NCBI GenBank assembly: GCA_029953675.1
Contig: JAMWBK010000005.1
Location: 186,001-250,000 of the forward strand
Direction: 5' to 3'
Length of the DNA: 64,000 bases
DNA from: Rhodosorus marinus CCMP1338
Lineage: Eukaryota; Plantae; Rhodophyta
Position 1 is the stretch's first letter; every line of letters starts with the position of its first letter. Below, in pieces: positions 58,149 through 64,000 of this stretch. The notes beneath the pieces were generated by a model. It saw only the letters and a list, made by a program, of their open reading frames with translations, searched no databases and had not been told where the DNA came from. Both the position numbers and the translations under genes were made by a program.

Positions 58149-58779
58149 TCGACGCCCGTGAACCAAGACCACGCTCAGTGCCAAGCTCTCGGAGTCGCTC
58201 TAATCCTATTCTCCTACCCCTAATTCTCCAACCGAAAAGCAATCTTCTCCTCAATCGAAAAAAAGGATCATCCCATAGAGCCCCAAATCCCAAACTACCA
58301 AAGTCAACAATCATGTATGCTCTCCACCAAACTCAGAAGACTGCAACACTTCATGAGTGCCCTAAACAAACCCACACGATGTCACTCCGAAAAGACAGAA
58401 AAGATCATAGCTCCACCGCGTAACGAAACCAATCCTCCCTGCCCGTTTAGAGCCTATTAAACTGCCGCTTGCGAGGTCGCGGCTCGCTCGCTGATTCCGT
58501 TTTCACCCCTCTCCCCCAAGTTTTTCATAAATAAAAATGCCGTCCATGAGCATGTGCTCATCGGAGAGATCTTAATGACTGCAAGCCGAATGGGAGCCTT
58601 AGCGTAAATCGTTGAGGTTTGTGCGAGGGCGCGCTTGAGTTCAGACTTCAGCGTTGAGACGAGACGGATCCTGAGATTGTCCTTGGGATCTCATAACTAG
58701 CTTGTCGAAAGCTAAAGAGCGGCTGCCAATGGAAGGCAGAGTGTAAAAACTTGACTTTGGTGCTAGTTTCCATGCGGGC

Positions 58780-60351
58780 ATGTTGGGATTTGTTTGTGGT
58801 GCTTTAGCTCCAAGAGCGCCGCGGAGAGCTGCTTGCGTTAAGTGCGAAGGCGAGGAGAAGTCACTGTTCGTCTTTGGTCTTGGCTACACGGGCTTGGCGT
58901 TGGGATGCTTTCTCCGTACGCTTCACCATGCTTTCTATTCTCGAATTGGTGCACTGGAGGAGGAATTTCTGACACCTAGAAAACTCTCTTCTCCTCCTCC
59001 CGAATGCTTCTCGATACTCGGGCTGTTGGCTTGACTATGTCGATTTCTTAGAAGACAAGGGGTGGCGTATTTATGGGACTTGCTCGTCCCGTGAGAAAGC
59101 TGAGAGACTAAGGGAACGGTAATATTTCTCGAGCCAAATTTTCATGAGCAGCGACTGCTTGAACCCATCCCACGCCATCTTGGTGAGATGGTTTGGTTAA
59201 ATCGTTCGAGGCCCAAAAGACGTTCGGAAGCTCAATTTCACCGGAGCTACGGCTCTAAGACCGGCACAGGACACGGCATCCTACGAACAAACAATTTTTT
59301 GTTGCCAACAGCCTGTCCAACGTTTTAGTTCGTCGATTTCTTAGTGTCTATCGGGTTAGTGTCATCGCTGAAGCTGCTCAAATTTCCAGGGACTGGGGTG
59401 CGTTTCAGTGGACAGCCGGATATCCTCTCGACACGGCGATCGTAAAGACTGCGCAACTCTGTTCACATGTCATGTCATCGATTCCACCCCTGGAGGGAAT
59501 AGATCCACTTTTGTCTTTGCATCAGGAGATGTTTCATCTCGCAAAAAAGACGAAATGGGTGGTGCGCACAAATTCCAGACAAGTCTGCTTGTGGGCATCT
59601 GCACAGATATTCGGACTCATTGAAGCTATTTAACCATGCCCGAATTCGCGAAACAGGGCTACATATCATCCACATCTGTCTACTCTGAAACTGAGGGTGG
59701 GTGGGTTGACGAGGGATCCCCTACAGACAAAAACTTGCACCGCTGCATAGCAGAGAATCTTTGGCTGGAGCTGGGGGGCTTGGAGGAAATGCGCTCTCGA
59801 GTGTTTCGATGCGCAGGTATTCTAGTCTAGACAAGCAGCAGCACGTAGATTCCCGCCGCATTCTGTACTAAGTCAAGATCTGGCCAAATGGTCTGGTCGT
59901 GGCTAATCGTGTAGGTATCTACGGACCCAATCGGAATGCCCTGGCCACGCTGAGAGCCAGAAAAGCTGGCAATACCACAGATTCAAAGCTGGTCTCTAGA
60001 ATACACGTGGGCGATCTTTGCAGGGGTATCCATGCCTCCATGACTTCACCAATAACTGATCGAATGAGAGTATACAACATGTCTGATGACCTGCCAGCCA
60101 GCAGAATGGATGTGTTCTCTTACGCGAAGCGACTGGGATCTATCTCGGAAGGTGCCACTGATCTTGTCAAACTCACTCGTCGGGACAAGTCGCGCTCTTC
60201 AAAGCGCGTCAACAACGCCCGCCTGCGCAACGAGCTTATCACAGACCTGGTGTATCCCTCCTACGTTGAGGGCCTCAAAGATCTTGAGAACCAGTCCATC
60301 TGGCCGTTCACGGAGAGCATACTTCAACTATCCGCTAATCGCAACAAGTGA
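58780..60351 (+). CDS. NAD(P)-binding epimerase/dehydratase-like atypical SDR (YeeZ-like), probably plastid-targeted; multi-exon
   Basis: LFVFGLGYTG Rossmann motif, GWRIYGT, HVMSSIPP, WV|GYISSTSVY, RCAG|IYGPNR, SRIHVGDL and SKRVNNARL. N-terminus MLGFV. Confidence 0.85.
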
Positions 60352-61419
60352 CCGTATCCAGTTGAGGCACCCCGCGCAAGGACTATTTTCAACTCTGCAA
60401 CGCTGTAGCCAAAGCGATCCATTCAAACGATTCAGGGTGATCGGACTTCTCCGCAAATGTCATCAAGGCTCAATGCTCTGAACCTACACGCAGAGCGGGG
60501 TGCAGACTCCTCAGCTATCCAGTGCTGACCATTGCGGAACTAACGGAAGGCGATCGTCTTGGGCCTGTTCTACCCGCTGGCTTGTCCCATATTCCGGATG
60601 ATTGCTTTCTTGCCTTGATCTGCAGAGGGTGAGGAGAATGGGACATGGTTCTCAACCCACGTTTCCGTGAGCACGCTGCCAGTTGGCTGAACCGTTCAGC
60701 CGCAGTGCGTTTTGCGCATTCGCACGCGAAGGCTTCCTTAGCGTACGACGCGTGTATGTGACGCTTCTGGTGAAGCAGGCTAAACAACAATGCTCGACCT
60801 TATCCTATGCCTTCCCTCAGTTTCTTCTACAAGATGCTGATTGATGTCCAGAAAAGTATGTACACGTGTCCAATGCATATACGACATACGATAATTGGTT
60901 GTTAGGTATTCATATTATGATATACATTTGAAGCAGTTGAAGAACCCGGCGGAAAGATCCAATTTCGATAAAAACACACCAACATGACAGACACGTGTCA
61001 TCTTATAAGAGGTAGAACATTTCGTATACTTAAAAATTATCTCAATTGTTAGTAATAATTATTGAAAGAAATATAGATCAGGAATTTGGTGGTCAAATGC
61101 TCCTTTTTTTTCTTCTGTTGCACGGTGCGGGGTTGGGGGGGGAGGAAGGGGGAGGAATTGGATGATTGATGGAGCTGGGGAAGGGCTACAATTGCTTGTT
61201 TTCAATGTTGAATGCTCGTTAACGGATGAGTTGGAAATACCTTGAGACTTTTTGGATGAGAACTTAGAAGTATTTTGTAGCCTGACCGGCGTGGATGTTG
61301 TTTCTGTGATCTAGAGTTAAATTTGGGATGGAGATTCTGAGTTGATATCGGGAGTGTGATTCCTGTGCTGCTGTTTTGAGGGGGTTTCGGACTGTTGAGT
61401 GGAGTGACAGTTAAGCGTT

Positions 61420-62546
61420 ATGGGATCTAACGCGAGTACCTCGAATGCTTCTGCATCCGGAAACAGAGAAGTGGAGGAAAACGAACCGGGCGAGGATGGA
61501 CAGCACAAATCCGTTGGAGTACAAGCCGTGATGGACGGTCTCCAACCCGAGGATGGGATTTTTACTGAACCTCCAGATATCGCCGTTGAGGAAGATGGGG
61601 AAGCAGACGAAATAGGTGGCAGAAAGAAACCAGAAGTAGAAGCTGATCAAGGACTGGATGAAGTGGAGCTTTTGCGGAGGAGGGTATTGGAATTGGAGAG
61701 CCAGGTAAAATCTTGGCAGGACGTTGCTAGAGGTTTTCTCTTTGGTATGGCCCTGAGCCCGGAAATGAACTCGTGGTATGCCACCCTCCTGAGAGAGTAC
61801 TTGCAGAAGGCGTTAGCAGAAATTCCTCAGGTTGAAAAGGTCAACTTCACAGAATGCAGCTTCCCCTGCGTTCCAAGCGAGGCGCCGGAAGTCCAAATGT
61901 TGAAATGGGAAGGAATGCGACTCGGGTAGGAGCCGGCTGATCCGCGCAATCAAAACTTCTTTCGATCCCTGAATTGACGCGGATTTTCTTTGCAGGGAAT
62001 GGAATTTTGAGTGGGCCCCCAAGAGCTGGTGGATCGCTTTATCTGTCACTGGCACTCAATCGCCGTTGCCGACTCGGTTCAATGCTATTGTCACAATTTC
62101 AAGCTTGCACCTCCAGGGAAGACTTCGGACTGCCCTACCGAACGACGTGTCCTCTGTAAGATTTGCTTTTTGTGACAAGCCGGACCTAACCTTCAAAACG
62201 TCTTTCCAGCTCAATTGGGGACGACTTCCTGTACCAGTAAGGGTGTCCATCGAATCCACGGTACGTTTTCAAAAAAAACACCCTTCCTTTTTTGATGTGG
62301 CGCAAGGCCAAAAGCACACAGTTCACAGTGACATTATATATGATGCCACCAACCGATTCCGTCCAACAGGTTGAAGCCGCAATCGACGCTTTCATCCAAA
62401 CCAAGCTTCTCCTGCCGAACTCTTATTGGGTCGTCATGCGTAGAAAACGATCTTTCAAGGTAAACGACCAGGAAATGTTGGTTGCCATCAAGTCAGCCCA
62501 GCGGGCGAGGGAGTTCTTGTCTCCACCGCCGACACCGGTGCAATAG
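61420..62546 (+). CDS. SMP (TULIP) domain protein, about 315 aa
   Basis: Exons 61420-61925, 61996-62260 and 62370-62546 join in frame. SMP-like pattern: NSWYATLLREYL...ISSLHLQGRLR...VRFAFCDKPDLTFKT...IDAFIQTKLLLPN. Confidence 0.65.
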
Positions 62547-62853
62547 GAATGAGCCCCAAGCAATGTGCGCTTCTTGAGAACTATTGTGAATACAACCAGA
62601 AGCACCACCAAGAAGCTATTCCGGATTCGCAAAGCTGGTTTATGTGGCTGAGGCGCTGGGTACCCTGAGGAAGCTCTGGGCATTGAATCTTTTATCGCTG
62701 AGGTTTGGCTTGTCGGAGGATGCAGGGCACTCGAGTCCACGGGGAAAGGGTTCCTGGGATAAGGTCCGGCCGATCCATGTTCACTAGCAGGAGGTTGCTT
62801 CGATACGCGTACGAAATGCCGGAGCTCAACGAACAGCACAATTCAACTCATCC

Positions 62854-62900
62854 AGCGCACTCGCTGAGCGCACTCGCTGAGTACGCTCAGCGAGTGCGCT
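62854..62900. repeat. Tandem 13-mer plus perfect 15-bp hairpin
   Basis: AGCGCACTCGCTG x2. Stem 62867-62881 / 62886-62900 with a TACG loop. Confidence 0.85.
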
Positions 62901-63188
62901 ACGCTCTCGTCGATTAACGCTCAGCCCCATGAATGGTTGGAGAGGCCCCACATCGGGTGAGATGCGGCAAATAATAGATTTCTTTATTACGTTCGTCCAA
63001 TAAATCTGAACCCAAAAAATTGTCGAAAAGGTCTAATAAATTCCACGTTACAGCGAAATTCGGTTTGAGTTCCTAGTAAGTCCGTGAAACAGGCTCATGT
63101 GAGTCACGGGACGCCCATGTTGTTCCAAGCACTATAGAATGCGCTCCAAGCAGAGCGCCAGCACTGGAACGCATGGAATACGGAACAT

Positions 63189-64000
63189 CTAGAGGTTTCT
63201 TTTCTTTGTCGGCGTTGGCAAAGGAGCTTTCCATTCCCAAACATCGCAAGGTACATTGTACACCTTTTTCGGCCCGCTCTTCAATATTCTAGTGTCATAG
63301 CTCATTTTCAACTCGACTAGAGCCCACAGCTTCGTTTTCATCGCTTGATTCTCCTTGTCTAAGAGATCGTCGCGCAAGTGAGTATCCACGATGAACGCCT
63401 GATTTGCGCGGCCATCGTCAAAAGCTATCCTCGCCTCTTGCAAGAGTTCGAGCGCCTGTGGGAACGCAAACGTTTCCTTTTCGTTAACACAAGGATTCGA
63501 CAACAAGTAGCAGTAGCCGTTCAGGCTTTCTGGCAAACACACCTCTTTGTAAATTTCGTCCACTCGCTTCCAGCGATAGCGCATAGTCGAGATCATTACG
63601 GTCATGGTCGTTACGACCACAATCGCAAGCACGAAGCACGCTACCCACAGCTTGTGATTCCACAAGAACATTCTGAAGGCGCACAGTAGATATTGTCGCG
63701 GGCTCATCGACTGATACAAAAGCTTGCGACAATCTGTGCAGTTGTCTGTTCCCTTCGTCGTGAAGCTGACGGACACGTCCGATAACGAGCTTACATATTG
63801 AAGGGCCTTCTCGAAAGCAACGCTGAATTTTTCAGAGCTCGCGTTCAACTGAATCCAATGACGAGTTGCGGGTTCAGCAAATAGCATCAGACAACGTAAG
63901 TCACAGCAACAACTGCCCAAGTTCTATTTATCCCCGGGCAGTTCATTGCAGCGCGTTAGCACGGATCGAATTCGTTTTCATTACCTTGGGGTTCCTCAGT
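63189..64000 (-). CDS. MAN1/Src1(Heh1)-like inner nuclear membrane protein, 3' part; gene starts beyond the window
   Basis: TM helix LWVACFVLAIVVV followed by the MAN1 C-terminal winged-helix pattern IVDTHLRDDLL...LWALVE...DTRI...VWEWKAP. Confidence 0.75.

Noticed and set aside
59119-59389. Unusually long (about 270 nt) intron that might host a snoRNA
   Set aside because: No C/D box pair or convincing H/ACA structure found.
61128-61165. G-rich run with G-quadruplex potential upstream of the SMP gene
   Set aside because: Low-complexity G/C tracts occur in several intergenic regions here; no specific evidence of function.
1-64000. Long antisense or alternative-frame ORFs inside real genes; tRNA, rRNA, snRNA and CRISPR features
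   Set aside because: The ORFs are shadows of coding sequence. I saw no T-loop/acceptor-stem pattern, snRNA signature or repeat-spacer array, though a by-eye scan can miss these.

Overview
Gene-dense eukaryotic nuclear DNA with short (about 65-120 nt) spliceosomal introns. Plastid transit peptides beginning MAIGFV and MLGFV suggest a red alga; this is an inference and the species was not determined. Recognisable genes, in order: the 3' end of a mitochondrial phosphate carrier, a Nup50/Nup2-like nucleoporin, Ran GTPase, a PH-domain protein, a BIG/Sec7 ARF-GEF, an HSA-SNF2-like-SANT protein (SWR1/EP400/PIE1 family) with an apparently dead ATPase, an AAE3/Pcs60-like adenylating-enzyme homologue split by a ~630-aa insertion, ASCC3/Slh1 helicase, RPL14, a degenerate but fully bounded chromodomain-bearing Ty3/Gypsy retrotransposon (39040-43814, AACTT target-site duplication), a bHLH-GAF-like protein, a plastid triose-phosphate translocator, BRE1/HUB1, an atypical SDR/epimerase, an SMP-domain protein and the 3' end of a MAN1/Src1 gene. 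The most unusual signals are two probable pseudoenzymes (the split adenylation protein and the ATPase-dead p400-like scaffold), an HMA-like domain fused to the ARF-GEF C-terminus, and a Cys-for-Glu bHLH basic region. All family assignments come from motif recognition by eye; no database search was run.
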